Origin: Nageia nagi
Lineage: Eukaryota; Plantae; Pinophyta
Reading direction: 5' to 3'
Length of the DNA: 64,000 nt
NCBI GenBank assembly: GCA_050084985.1
Contig: JBITNC010000001.1
Location: 195,548,001-195,612,000 of the forward strand
In this document: positions 39,592 to 54,350 of the stretch, piece by piece
Position numbering within the stretch: position 1 is the first letter of the stretch
Layout of the letters: every line of letters starts with the position of its first letter
Program-made: the position numbers and the translations under genes
Notes under the pieces: generated by a model
Told to the model about the DNA's origin: nothing
The model's input: the letters and a program-made list of their open reading frames with translations, nothing else
The model's database searches: none

Positions 39592-42500
39592 GATGCCCCA
39601 CTTTGAATATGTTTTGATGCTTTTGGGATAAAAGCTAATCAAAGCATAAATTCAAAGTACAACAAAAAACTAAGAAAATACTCCCTAAAAAGTTTCTTTA
39701 TGGCAATAGATTTGGATACCCTAATTTTCACCAATGTTATGCCTCCTTTTTGACTTGGTTATGACATGATGGACCTCTCATCAAAGGAGCAATCCAAGGA
39801 AAAGAAAAAGAAACCCAAAAAGAGCTTAGACAAGAAACATTTTTATTCTAGATATCTCAAATATAAACAATAAATAACATGATATATAAACTATGTAAGT
39901 GATAAGAAAGAAATCCTATCCTTGGTGACTTACCCACCAAGAGTTATGAAGATAAATTATGAATTTAAACTTATCATCTTGGTTTCCCAAGCTACCATGT
40001 TGCCATGGATTTCTAATATGGATGGCCCTTACTTACAAAGGTGCTAAATGATAAGATTAACCATTACATACAAGGTATCAAATGATAAGAGTAATGACTT
40101 GATATGAATAATATTTTTGAACATGTGATAAGATTTCATATGATAAACATTAGATAAGATAACTCACTTATAATCAATATATGACAATAAATGTATGATA
40201 AGCAATATTATATATTAAACTTTTAATGATATGAAAAATAAGGCATGATAAACATCATATGAAAAGAATGATAAATAATTTGTAATAAGTATAATATGAT
40301 TAGCATGATAGGAAAATCATGATATGACAAAGATAACATTACATGATACAAAAATACAATTTACAAAATTTGATTGATTTTCACTTGAATAATGTAGCAG
40401 TGTCACTCAGGACCTAGCAACATCATTGGAATTTACCAGTTAAGTTTCTATAGTTTTAGTTAAGGAAAGTACAAAAAGAAACAATAATGCAAAAAAGTAT
40501 CTTTTAAACATTTTTAGGTAACAAAGACATCCTTAGCACACACTTATCAATTGCATTCATTTGCCAAAATTAACTTTCAAAAAACATCATAAGATATGTA
40601 AATTATTTAACAATAATCATGATAATATATTTTAATCAATAATGATAAGGAATGTCAATCATTTAAATAAGAAAAGCAATGTAGTATAAAGAAACTCAAT
40701 TATAGAAAATAAATGCCCTTTTCACATTTTATTGACTATGGAAGGTTAAAAATTTATGAAAAATGAATTTAAGAAAGGAATGAATTAGCCTTTTTATATA
40801 CACATATTATAGGTAAGAAAATTTTATGAAAATGTATGATTTTTCTCTTTTTAATGCATTGGCATCACCTAGAATACAATGGCATCATTAGGTTCATACT
40901 TGATTTTCTTGAAAATTTAGTTGAAAGAAATGTAGAAATGCATACATAGACAAAAGAGATTAAACATTGAACCTTTTTAGATGCATAACATTAATTACAT
41001 GAAATGTATATAAATCTCATAGAAAAATTGTTACCTCATCACATCATAGGATTATTCTATAACTATGAAGCTATAAGGATCAACATGAAGAATAAACTAG
41101 AAGGATCATCATAAAAGAGAATCATCATGGTACTTATTTCCCCAAGCACTCAAGGGAAGAAAGTAAACTAAGAGAATCATCAAGTACTTATTACTCCAAG
41201 TACCTAAGGGAAGGATAATTAAATGAACTAAAATATCAAATCAAAGAATAATACCTAAACTTACCTTTGAATTGGGGGACCTTTTTCCCTCAAGAATTGA
41301 AGAAGAGCATCAACATCCTTGAATACAAGAGTAACATGTTTACCTTTCTACATACAATTAGAACTTGACATAGAAATCTCAACAAAATTATCTTTATCTT
41401 TTATTCTAAAATTTGTCCTTTTCCTATTATTTTTCATTCTTCTTTTTATCTTCTTCTTACACTTTAACTTATTAGGATACTCATAAAATACTATAATTGA
41501 TTCTGGTGATGCTAATTCACTTTGTTTACTTATCTTCATATATATAACCTCTTGAACTTTTTCTATTTCAATATTTTCTTCACTAATAGAGCAACATCAT
41601 TGGGGTTCCTCCTCTTTTGAGTGGTGTTGCTTGATTTCTTCTGAATAGTACATATTGCCAAACTTCCTACATTCATCCCAAACACTCTTATCATCAAAAT
41701 TTCCTACCCTTATTCTTATATCAATCTTTACAACCTATTCTTACTCTTTTTACTCAATTGGCTCTTCTTGGTTTTTATCATTAACCTTATTTGGTACTTC
41801 AGTATTGGAAAAGGTAATTTTTATTATTTGTGAGAAGTGATCTACTAAATGTGAGAGTATACATTAGTATTCTACATAATATGTAAGAAATTATATCTAT
41901 GTATAGGAGAAATTTGGATCAACTTAAATACACTTATTTCATATTGATCATGTTTTGAATATGACATTGTTGATGAATTTCCTTAGGGCATACTGGCACT
42001 TATGTTATTGACTTGAAAACCATATTCACTAGATTTGTAACAATTTTGTAGTTTCTTCCTTAGTGCAATACAACCATTAGTACTATGCCTTTAACTTGAT
42101 GATAAAGATAATAAATATTTTCATTATTTGATTTTGGCTTTGGATCATTTTCTCTTAACTCTTGTATTGGATGGATGTGGCTCAATCAAACCTCATTGTA
42201 AACAATCTTCATACATGACCTTAGGAGGGTCAGAGAGTCTTAAATCTTATTTTTCCTTATTATCTCTTAGAGCATCATTGCTTAATTTTTGGTCTTATTT
42301 AGCTTATCAGACATGTTTATCTTCCTTCTTTTGATATGGCTTTTCTAATCTTTTAACGAATTATTATACTTTAGCTTTCCTATTTCCACTACACACTCTT
42401 CTTTTTGAGTTAACTTATGAATAATGTTAAAAAAGAAAAATCCACATAATCCATAGCTATGAACCTTAATTCAAGGTGAATATTATGAATAAATATGTCC

Positions 42501-43606
42501 TTTACCTGTTCTTCTAACAAAAGGGTCCTTAATCATACTCTAAAGTATTAGAAATATTTGACCAAACTTTGATAATATCTCATTTTGTCTTTGATTAGTA
42601 TTCATTAAATTAGAAATAATAACTTCCCTAAGAGCTTTATATTTGAAATGCATATGAAATTAAGATATGAGTTCATCATAAGAATTAATTGACTTGGAGG
42701 GAAAAGGAAAATACCAGTTAAGAGCATCACCCTTTAAAGTAGATCAAAAATATTTGGCCATTACATTATCATTTACTCCAAGTTTTAATTCAAACTTCAT
42801 CTCAAAAGACTTTATATGATCCATAGGATATCCTTATCCTAAATATAAGTCAAAATTTAGCTCCACTTGAATTTCAAGTGCCCTAGCATTATGAATTTCA
42901 TCATATAGCATATTGGAATCCTTAGAAATAGGAGGATTAGCTCCAATAGACCGATTGTTTCCCTAATGTTGGAACCATCACTTCTATATTCATTTCCGTA
43001 AAGCATATTCTTCAAATTTGTTTTGGTTGCATCATCAAATCTATTGACCATGGCAATAAAATTGGCCAATTCCATTTTTGAAACACTTGAAATGCAATAT
43101 CTATCATATCCAAAAACTCTAGGGCTTTTGGCATAATTACCAGGAAAAATATGCAATTATAGACTTCAAAATATTATAATTATTTTCCAATCATATATAT
43201 CTAAGGGACAAATTTTTATCATAAAATAAACCACCAAATAATTGTAAAATAGGTTCAAAATTTTAGGCTTTTTAATATGACATTTGTTGCAAAAATTTCT
43301 CAAAATTGATTAGATATAAAATTTTAAGGTTTGAAAACTCTTAGAAATATACCAATTATGTTTATCTATGATTTGGAAATATTTTTCCAATGCTAGATAT
43401 CATGAAATTGACCAAAATGAGCTTGAAAATTTAGGTTTTTCTCCAAAAATGAAATTCACTAAAAATAAATCTTCTTCAAAATCAATAATTTTCAAGCAAT
43501 AAAATTTAAAGAATTATCACAACCAAAGAGAAAATAAAAACTAGGTATTTCAATAAAATACTCCACAAAAACTATGATGTATCAAAGAAAAATTGGGTTC
43601 ACCAAT

Positions 43607-44290
43607 AGTTCTAACCAAAATAATAATAATTAAAGTTACTTATAGAATATTAAATTTGCCAATTAACTATGAAATAATAAGAAATCGATGGCATGAAAGA
43701 TGATAATGACCTAATTTATCTTAACCTATAAAGAATATATTTATGAAAGATACAAACCTATACTTTACCTATGATGATGAAAAAAGGTGACATCCAATTG
43801 AAATAGGATGAATGATAAGCTTCTCCAAAAGATAAAGATATGAATCTAACCTCAACTCAGTTTTGACACTAGGAAACCAACAATGACACCTAATTATCAT
43901 TTTAGAATACCTTGACCTTTCCTTCAATTTCATTATTCCACCTTTGATGTATAGAATTTCACTCATAAATGGATGAAATATTAGAGGAATCTAGAGCTCA
44001 AAAAATCTTGAGATGATAGGTAGTGGTAAGAAACATTAGTAAATGATGACATAAGTATATTATCATCTATCAAGGATTCGAGAATATGTCATATCATGTC
44101 ATATCTTTGATCATGCACAACCCCTCCACCTTAGGCTTATTATGATGTTGAACCAACCTATTACCACAAAATATTAAGGTAGATGAGAGTGCACATAGAA
44201 AAGAGCACCTATTTAATAAATTAAATAAATTATTTTGAATACATAAAAGGGTGTTTTAATTAAATTAAAATTCTTTTTTAAGTGTTAACA
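43607..44290 (-). repeat. 5' LTR of element D
   Basis: Aligns to 38874-39591; adjacent PBS. Confidence 0.9.
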
Positions 44291-47200
44291 ACTACATTTG
44301 GAGAAGTAGATGATGAAAAGTTGGTAAAAAAAACTTGAAGTATATTTTTGATCTGGTGTGTTGTTAGTGATGTTTAAAAAATTTCATTTGCAAGATTAAA
44401 AATGGATGGTAAAGCATTAATTTGGTGCAAGAGTCACACAAAATCCCTTCAATGTGATAACTAGCCACTTATTTCTTCTTGGGGTGAGTTTAATATTTAC
44501 TAAGAGATCAATGATATCCTTTGGGTCATCATAATAACAAAATGAAAAAATTAATCTTATTTAAATTAAAAAAAGGATAATTTGTTTAGGAATATATTAT
44601 AGAATTTAGGAAGAAGGATACCTTAATGCTTGGGATATCTCTCAATGATCTTCTAGTACTTATAAAATATATAGGGGGTTTAAATAGTCATCACAAAGAC
44701 TATCATGTTATTTAATCCTATCAATTTTAATCATGTGAGTTTACAAGCTTAATATTTGGAAGTATATGGGAGAAAAAAATAGTAGTATGAGAACTCCAAG
44801 TCTCATCAGAACCAAAAGGGACAACAACAAAAAAGGAAATCTAAAGATAAAGGAAAAGTAAAGGAACTATAAGAGAAGCCTACAAATAACATTAAGAAGA
44901 AAAATGATAATAAGCATTATTTTAATTGTGAAAAAGATGATCATATGGATGATAAGTGTTGAAAAATTAATTGAGGAGCATATCCTAATAAGAAGAAGAT
45001 TCAAGAGAAAAAGAATGCAATGGTCATGAAGTACAAACATGTTGAAGATAGTTCAAATGTAGATGAGAGATTGAATTATGAAATAGTTCAAATAATTAGA
45101 GATTTTAAGAGTATTGAAGATAAAAAGATTGAATTGTTCCATCTCAAAATTCACTAAAAAAAGGTGATAATTGATTCTATCATTGACCCTAATTCTCAAG
45201 CTAACTTGATCATTAAAAGTTTTGTAACTAAATTGACATTGAAGACCTATGTTCATTTTAATCCATATCCTTTAGGATGAATTCATAATAATTCAAGCTT
45301 ATTAGCTACAAAGAAATGTAACATGAAGTTTTGTATAAATGAAAAATTTATTAATGATATGATAGTTGATGTAGTACCTCTAGATATTCATGGTATTATT
45401 TTTGAAAATTCTTATTTATGGGATAGAGATGTTATTTACTTTAGGAGATAGAATAAATATAGGTTGATTAAATATGGTGTAGCTTTTAAATTTAGTGCCC
45501 ATAAAAGGAAGAAAAATATGATATTGGTTACAACTAATTAAGCTAAATACCTTATCAATGCAAGTAAACAAGTTTATGCTTATGGTTCTTCAATCTACTA
45601 GCTATGGAGGATCAAAACTAATATTCAATTTGGATTGCATGATAATAATAACACTTATAATAACATAAACATATAGAAAATATATAGATAAAGTATAGGC
45701 TCTTGTATAAAATTTTTAAAGAGTATTTGTTGATCTAAAGATATTATCACATAAATGGAAAATTTAATATGAGAATTAGTTGGTACTTGATACACCTCTG
45801 CCAAATATTAGCTTGTATAGAAAATCAATTTTAGTATATGAAGCTATTAAAAATTAGATTAATTAATTAGTGGATAAAGGTGTGATTAGACCTAATAATT
45901 CTTATAGATCACCTTATATTCTAGTTCCTAAGAAGGATGGTTTTTGGAGAATGTGTATTGATTGTTAGGCATTGAAAAAAATTTCTATCAAGAATCTCTA
46001 TCTATTCTCTCAAATAGATGATCTATTGGATCAATTTTATGGGGGAAATTATTTATATAACTTGGGATTGAGGAGTGGTTACCATCAAGTGCAAATAAAG
46101 GAGGAGGACATTTGGAAGATAGCCTTCAAGGAAAAATAAGGCCTATTTGAATGTCTTATTTTTTCATTCAATTTTTTGTAATACATCAACCACTTTTATG
46201 AGGGTAATAAATGATTTTCTCAAGCCATTTATTGATTCTTTTATTATAGTTTATCTTGATGAAATTCTTATTTATATTCTAAAATTGGAAAACTATTTAG
46301 TGCATTCTTAAGCAAGTTCTTTAAACTCTACTAAAGGAGACATTTCTCTTGAATATGAGTATATGTGAGTTTGGTAAGAAATATTTGTTGTACTTAGGTC
46401 ATATTGTTGGAGGTGGACAACTTAAAATAGATCTTAAAAAGGTTAAAATACATTTTTGAGTGGCTAAGACCAACTAATGTAACTAAAACAAGGTGTTTTC
46501 TAGGAGTTGTTAAATATTTGAGAAAATAAATTATTGTTGATTTCTTCTATTTTTCTTCACCTTTGCATGATGTTGCAAGAAAGAGGTAAAGTTTTCAAAG
46601 GGGGAAAGAGAAGACAATGATTTTGATTTATGAAAGTAGAATATTAATATTGCACCTATTTTTGTACTCCCTAATCTATAACAATCTTTTGAGATTTAAA
46701 TAAATACTAGTGAATATGATATGGGAGCTATTTTGATGCAAGGAAGGAGATAACTTTGCTATCATTTTGAAAAATGTAGTGGGTTAGTTTTAAACTATCC
46801 AACATATGACAAGGAATTATATGCATTATTTTAATCAATGAAGAAATGGAACAATTATTTCATGGGTAAGGAATTAGTAGTTCATAATGATTATTAATTA
46901 TTACAATATTTATAAATTCAAATAAAATTGCAACAAGTAAGACACTTTAGGTGGATGGGATTTCTACAATAATTATATTTCATCATTAAGTACAAGAAAG
47001 GTAGTATAAATAGACTTTCATACATGTCATATAGACTATATATCTAAGGAGTATCAATGCTACCAGTAGCATCAATGTTATTATGCAAAGGTACTTCAAT
47101 ATTAATTTCTATGATGGAAGTTTTTCCTTACATTCATGAAGCATTTTAAGAAGCTTAAATGACAAATTCTAATTTTGGATAGGTTTATAAGAAGTTGAGG

Positions 47201-48629
47201 AAACTATCTAGATTTGATTTTGGTGTTATGGATAATTACCATCTTATAATTAGACTTATTTACAAATTAAATATTTTATATATTACCAAAAATGAAAAAA
47301 TTCAATTGATTAGAGAGGCATATTCATATAAAATTGTTGAACATTTTTGAGTAGGGAAGATAGTTTCTAATTTGCAAAGGTATGTGTATTGGTAAAAAAA
47401 TGCAAGAATTGGAAGTTACAAAGTATGTTTGAGGATGCATAAAGTGTTGTATTAGTAAGCCTAGTAATAGGAAATAAGATTTATATATGTCACTCCAAGT
47501 ACCAAACTAACCTTTGGAGAGTATATTTATAGATTTTATAGAATAATTTCTTATGTATAAGAAAGGAAATGAGTATTTATTTGTAGTTATAGATATATTT
47601 AACAAGATGTGTGTTTTAATTCTATATAAGAAGAATGTTACTAGTCAAGAATCTACAAATCCCTTTTTAATATTTGGATTCATTTTGGCTTGCCTACTTT
47701 TGTTGTTTATGATAGAGATTATAGGCTTCTAGGAAAAATTTTGACTTGTTTGTAGGATAATATTGATACAAGAATGAAAATAAATATCACTTTTCATCCT
47801 TAGAAATATTGTCAAGTATAAGTGGTGAGTAAAATAAAAGTTCATCTCTTGAGGGAATATTGTAACAAGCATGCTAAGACTTGGGATGAATATCTTATTT
47901 ATATACAACATTCCTAAAATATGGTAGTTTTAAATTCCACATGTGAAAATTCATTTGAAATTTATTTTTTATACCTTCATCTATCACCTTTTAATTGTAT
48001 TTTATGGAAAAAAAGGATAAAAATATTTTATTTCTAAAAGAAGCAAAACTAGTTGAACAATTTATTAACAAACTTAGGTGAATTTATTTGAAAGTTCTAG
48101 AGAAAATAAAAGAAATTTAATTCAAGTATAAGTGAAGACATTACAAGACTATATTTGATCATAAATTTCAAGTGGGATTCAAATTTTGGTTACGTGTCAA
48201 CAAGGAGAGGTGTCAAAGATAAGCCATAAAGTTGAAATCTAAAAGGCATGGACTATTTGAAATCATAGAGCAAGTCAATGAAAATGTTTTTAGGTTTACT
48301 CTAAATACCTGTATGAATATTTATTCATTGTTAATGTGGAGAACATAAAATTATTTTAACCATCCATGGTAATTGAAGAGGAAGAATCAATATGTCCAAT
48401 TTTACCTTGAATTGATGACTTATCTTCATCAATTATGAATGCACTTAGGAAGGTTCAATTTTACAAAAGAAGGTTCATATAATAAGAAGGGAAAATACTT
48501 TTAGTTGATTATATTGAAGAGAAAAAACCTAATAAATGAAAGTGATACAATCAAAATAGAGAGGGAATTATTTTCTCATCTTCTTCAAATGTAATCTTTT
48601 GAAGATTAAAAGCCTCGCCATTGGGGAGG

Positions 48630-49518
48630 TGTTATCCAAAGATCATATTCTAGAGTGAAAATTAATTTATCAAGGATATTTATGATGCTATTATGATATA
48701 TTTCTTATTAACTTAGTTACATTTTGAGTAATGCAAAGTAGCATCAATGTTATTAATAATGTCAACATTACCAATAGTTCCAATGCTTAGTTACATGCTT
48801 TATTTGCTAATGAGATTGTTACGGATCAAATAATTTAGTGTTAAATATGTTTAAAGGAAACTAAAATATTCTTTTACATGTACAAGGCTTTGAACTAATC
48901 TTGTGATGGTCTATTAGCTGACCTAGAGTGAATAATGTTTCCATTACCTAACCATGTTAGCTAGCATAAATGTTGAGAGGAAAAATTAGTTTTGGGACAT
49001 GTTAAAGTAGTTTAAGGTATTTCTAAGTCATTTTAGGAGTTAGGAGAACTATTTATATTCTAAGAGACATAAAAATTCTTTATATCATCTTCCTCTAGCC
49101 ATCTTTGGGAGGGGTTGGTTAGTTCGGTTGAAGTTCTAAGGAGGTTTCTTGAATCTATGATTTGAAAAGCCATGAGATCAAATTAGTAGTGAGTTTAGGT
49201 AGCATTTTGCATATAGTAGAAGAATTTTTATGCTAATAAAGGAATTGATTTCTCCATATTATTTTTATTATTATTTTTCCCTATCATCCCAATACATAAA
49301 TCATATTTTTTTGCTAGTTCTAGCCCACTCTAAGTGAACCAAGATAAATTTTCTATATATTTATTTATTTATGGGAATGCTTCATTTTATTTATTATTTT
49401 GTTCAATATTTTATGAAATTCAAATATGTTTATTATCGTTAAAATAGAAGGAAAAGTATAAGGAAATATGTATTTGATGATCTCTAGAATAACATATCTT
49501 ACAAAGATTTACAAATAA
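48630..49518 (+). repeat. 3' LTR of element C
   Basis: Starts TG right after the PPT; the last ~250 bp align with 38326-38552. Confidence 0.75.
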
Positions 49519-49929
49519 TTCATATCACCTTTTATATCTTGCAAAAGAAATAAAATAAAAAGACATTATATTTACCTTGAAATAATAATATACTTTATTA
49601 AAATTTTATTTTATTAATTTGTAATTTTTAATAAATAAAAATCAAGATATTTCTTTTTGATAAGGGTAAAAATAATTAATGGGTTTTTTCTAAAAAAAGA
49701 TCCCAAAACCTATGTTTACATATAACTACATTCAATATAGGATCATGAGATACCCATAACAAACCATTGTTAACTCTCCTATCTAATTTCTAGCACTATA
49801 GAGTCAGTCTTTATTTTCTTAGTAGTTTGCTTGCTACAATAGTAATTGTAGTAGTTGTACACTACCATATCTACTACAATTTATGTTAACCTTTTGATAA
49901 TTTTTCTAGATATGAAAATATATTCTTAC

Positions 49930-51330
49930 ACCTTAGACATCACAAGTAGCATCTATGTGTTGCATTCTCTATGTCTTCCTTTATAGCTTCATATTTGCAT
50001 CTAGGTTGCTTTCATTTGAATACTTTACTCCTCTCTTAGAATAAACATACTTGTATCCCTTTATGCCTATTTATTACAGAGTAGGTTTTGACTTTCTTTG
50101 GCTTCTTTTAGTTGATCCATTCAAATTGCAACTATTTATTTCAAGGTTCGAAGGGATTTCCATACTAAGAGAAGACCCAATAATATTCTTAGAATTGCAT
50201 ACTTCAATTTCCACCAAAGGCATAGAGTCTTAATCAATTTGAGTATTAATAATATGAGAATTAAGCAATTATTGTAAACTATTCTCCTTAGTATTCTTCT
50301 CTAGATATTTCTCCATTTGCTTAGCTACCAAGTTTTTATGCTTTTTGGTATTAGATTTTGATTTCTTGACTGGATAATCCTTTTTTTTTATGATCTTGTA
50401 ATTGACATCCATAACACCAAATTGAAAAAATTCCATATTCAACTTTCTAGGTCCACTCCCCTTTCTAACAAGAGAGAGTGATGGATTGGGGCTAGGGCTT
50501 ATCTTCAAACATCAGAATGGTCAATCTTACTTTGCACATATTATTCCTTCTTTTCAAATTTTCTTCAATGTATTCATACATATATTAATAATGGCCCAAT
50601 GAATCACCAATTTTAGTGAATATTTTCTCCCCCAAAAATTCAATTGGGAGAGCATACAAATTAATCCAAATACAATGATAATAAATTTTTTCTGATAGGG
50701 GATTGAAACTAGTAAACCATTTTTGAATAATTCCTCTCTAACTAAAAAATCATTGATACTCCCATACATAGTTTTTACCATCAAAAATTTCAAAGTAAAC
50801 AAAGAATAAATTATTAGGTAGCAAGGTTACTCAATATGTTACATACCAATACCTCTTGAAAAAAACTTTGAGATTATTCAAGCTAAGTATTTTTCCTTTG
50901 ATCTTATAGATAACTATATGTTTTTCTTGCTCCTCAAAATCAATGCTAAATTTCTCTTTGTTAATCTCAACCCTGAGCTCCAAGGATGATAGGTTTGGGG
51001 AGTGAGATCCCTAACTACTACAGTTAGAATAATTCTTTAAATTATGATCTAAATCATGCTTGAAACCTTTCTTTTGGATACCATCAAAATTTTTGTTCTT
51101 TCTATGACTCCTATGATCATCCACCAAATCCTCCAATATGCCATCACACATATTATTATTTGGTTCCACCCTCATTTGAGCTAAATCAATTTCATGACCT
51201 TGCTCACTACTGTAATTAGACCAACCTCCATTTCCATCCATGCCCCATCCATGAGGTGAATAGAATCCAATTACAGCCCCTTTCCCTTTTAGTGAATGAA
51301 TGCATGATGTTGTGTCTCTCACTCATCACA
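49930..51330 (-). mobile_element. L1-type LINE ORF1 (DUF4283-like) relic
   Basis: Fragments at 50269-50802 read in part as ...WINLYALPIEFLG..IF.KIGDSLG..., followed by a zinc-knuckle-like remnant. Boundaries are approximate. Confidence 0.55.
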
Positions 51331-51399
51331 CTAGGTGGATCATTAATAAAAATCAAGAGATTAACAACCATATTCTTAATATTTTTTTCAATGAAAATG

Positions 51400-54350
51400 T
51401 ACATCTATTACTTAATCATACAAAAAAAGGTAGAAGTGGGAGGGATTAGCACTCCCTAAAATATCACAAAAAGAACCAATTCATACTAATTGTTTCACAT
51501 CTTTGGTTAGAACTATACAAGTACTAAAGTATCATAATACTAAAATAACAATATTATCATCAAACTTGTACCCTAAAAATCAACTATTCCTCATATAAAA
51601 GTTCTCATCCAAAGCATCATAACTTGCCATCCTTGAGAGAAGCTTGGGGTATCCCAATCATTACCAATGGTACCACTATTTTTAGCATTCATTACCTTAT
51701 CAACATCATTTTCTACTTCCTAGGAAGGTATTACTTTATCACCCCATCCAAAAACCTTTTTAAAATACTTTGAAGGTAAGTCCTAGCTTGAATTATGTCT
51801 AAAAGAGGAGATTTTCTCTATATAAATATGCTCATTAACTAGAGGTGGTTAATACCAATGCCTTCTTAGGGAAGGGGATAGATTCTATGCATGTGGCTGA
51901 CCTCTAGGTGATATGGGATGAGCTCTTCATTATTACAATTGTGGAGAATCCTACGTTGCATCCAATTTTGGAGGGAGTATATTGACTACACATGGAGCAT
52001 TTCCCTAGTAGTCTATGAGACCTTGTAAGTGCTAAATATCAATATTGATCTTCTCTAATTGATTGTAAATATTCAACTAATATTCATAAAATACCTCATA
52101 TTTATCAAATATAGAAAAGAAGAGAGAAGGATTCCTTTCTAAAAATATAATTTGAATTAGGTCCTCCATAAGTGCAATAGTAGACCAACTCTAAAAATAT
52201 GCCAAACAATTGAGATATTTTTAGAAAACTAAACAAAGTCACCTACTAAAATGTGAACCCAAGAACATGGGATTTTCATGTAGAGTTTGAAAAAAGTAAG
52301 AATCAAATCCCAATCTTCTCATGCTCTAGGGAAATTCTAGAACACATGCTTACAGTATTTCTCTTCCAAATAACTTTTACAGCATCTATCAGTAACACCT
52401 ATATAGTTTAGTCTTGAGTAAAAGGGGAGGTCTTTATGTAGCACACTCCACCAAATAAATGTACTTTTAGATTCCAATAATTTTTCCCAAACTACTCAAA
52501 ATTGCAATATCCAACATTTTCTAGAAGAAAAAAGATCCAATTTTGTGTTGAATTTATCATACATTGAAATGATTAGAGATAACTAGGTGTATCCCAACAT
52601 GAATTTATATTGTATTAGAGGGATAGTTTTGCCCCAAACCTAATCCTCCATTGAAGACATTTTTTATCATCAAAAAATTTATTCCATATTCAATTATAGC
52701 CTCATATGTGGGTTTTTCCTTATCCAAGATGTTGAATTTATTTCAAAATTCATCTCACTAAATCCATGCATTATTGTGGGAAGTTATGAATTTAGTCAAA
52801 TAGGCAATTCCTCTTTTAAAAATTATTTATGCATGAATCCATTGCACATTAACTAAGGGGATTCCTTGGATAATGAACATAAACTAGACATTTAATTGAG
52901 ATATATTAGTGTAATCTTTCTTTTTCCATGAAATTTTTCTCTGATCCCATGAAGTCCTACCACTCTTTATAGAATTCACATGGGAAACCATCCAAACCTA
53001 GAGACTTTTCATTTGCCATTATAGATAATGCTTGCTTTAGATCATGTAGGGTAAGGGGAGTATCTCATAGAGCTCTCTAATCATCTAAAAATTTATAAGG
53101 GACAATAGAATGTACTCCTCAAGGGTCTTTTGGTAATATGCACTCAAAGTTTGGGAGGAAAAGATAACTTGATAATGATTTACAAAAGCTTCAATGATTT
53201 TAGGAAAAGTGGTGAGTCTGGAATAATTAATCTTCAAAGAAGAGAATTGTGTGTGCTTACTAGAAGATCTAAGTATTTTAAAGAATTCTTTGGAGACTTT
53301 GTCACATATCTTAGGCTAGTGCAATTGGGATTTAAGTTTTACACCATTTTATTCATGCACTTCTTCTTTTTGGAGTTCAAACCTAATAGTGATAACCTAA
53401 CCTTGTAGTTTAGAATCAAGGGACCCCTCTCAAGCTTGATTAAGATTTTGTTGAATTCATATTTTATCATGGTATTGGATATTTTCCTTCTCTTACTAAT
53501 TTCTTTTCCTAAATTTCTAAGTAAGATCGTTGTTCTTTTTATAGCATCATTCCACCAATCTATCCATACAATAGAGGCTCTGGGCCTAGGAACAAGATTC
53601 CACACATTATGGATATGGGTGATAACAGAAGGTTGATCCAAAAAAGAGGTATTAGAGTAGAATTGAGTAGAGAATTTTAATAATCTAACATCAAATATTC
53701 CACAAAGAAAGTAATAAGAGCATGAGCATACAAGGTGATCCCTATAATTATTGATACAAATGGAGTTGAGTTAGATTTTTTGTTGAAGTGGAAAGTATTA
53801 TTTTTTTAACATCATGGATCAATCCAATCTTGTTAAGACCCTATTATCTCCTTTCTACATGTTGGACCAAGTGAACCATTGTTCATATTAGAATTCATCA
53901 ATAGTGAAGAAAAAATTGGGATTATATAGGATGAGTTTATTTTTTATGAAGTAAAATACTTCTCTTTCCGCATTGACCCACCTCATCAAGGAGCAAATTT
54001 TCTTTTCACTAGCTTTATAAACCATGTTAAGGTCTCCATAGAGAATCTAGGTGGTATTTAAAATATTCATTGTAATCCACTACTAGAGTGCACATCTATT
54101 AGGTGATGGTTTGAGGCATAAATATTAATAATAATAAAAGTTTTACCCTTTAATTTAAATAGAGTTCAAATAGCTTGGTTGATGGGTTCCATTACCCAAG
54201 TGATAATAGGAGGCTACCACCTTAAGAAAATGATAATTTATCACAATGAATAGGAGGCTACCACTTTCACTTTGAGGTACTATCCATGTCATAAATCATG
54301 AACATCTATTAGGTGATGGTTTGACCCAATACCTTAGCAAAGTATAATTT
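51400..54350 (-). mobile_element. L1-type LINE ORF2 relic (APE and C-terminal zf region; RT core apparently deleted)
   Basis: ILYGDLNMV at ~54045-54020; WFTWSNM at ~53878; GSP/DHL region at ~53735; linker ORF 53339-53641; IWWSVL/IVWHIF-type C-terminal motifs at 52460-52190. Confidence 0.6.

Larger units (their letters stand above)
38874..44290 (-). mobile_element. Non-autonomous gag-only LTR retrotransposon D with a tRNA-Trp PBS
   Basis: LTRs 38874-39591 and 43607-44290; TSD CCTAC/ACTAC. PBS complement GGGTTCACCA at 43595-43604; PPT complement GATGCCCCACTTTGAAT at 39592. gag remnants (PMDHIKSFEMKF, STLKGDAL) at ~43150-41900. No PR/RT/INT motifs were found in the 4-kb interior. Confidence 0.85.
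38326..49518 (+). mobile_element. Chromovirus-like Ty3/gypsy element C (truncated 5' LTR, gag-PR-RT-RH-INT, 3' LTR), split by element D
   Basis: 5' LTR remnant ends GATCA at 38552, followed by a degenerate iMet-type PBS. The gag segment FKVEAKVE..PT|FGEVD rejoins across D. Zinc knuckle at ~44920; PR IDSIIDPNSQANLI at ~45170; RT YLDEIL at ~46252. PPT TTGGGGAGG at 48621-48629; 3' LTR 48630-49518. Confidence 0.85.
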
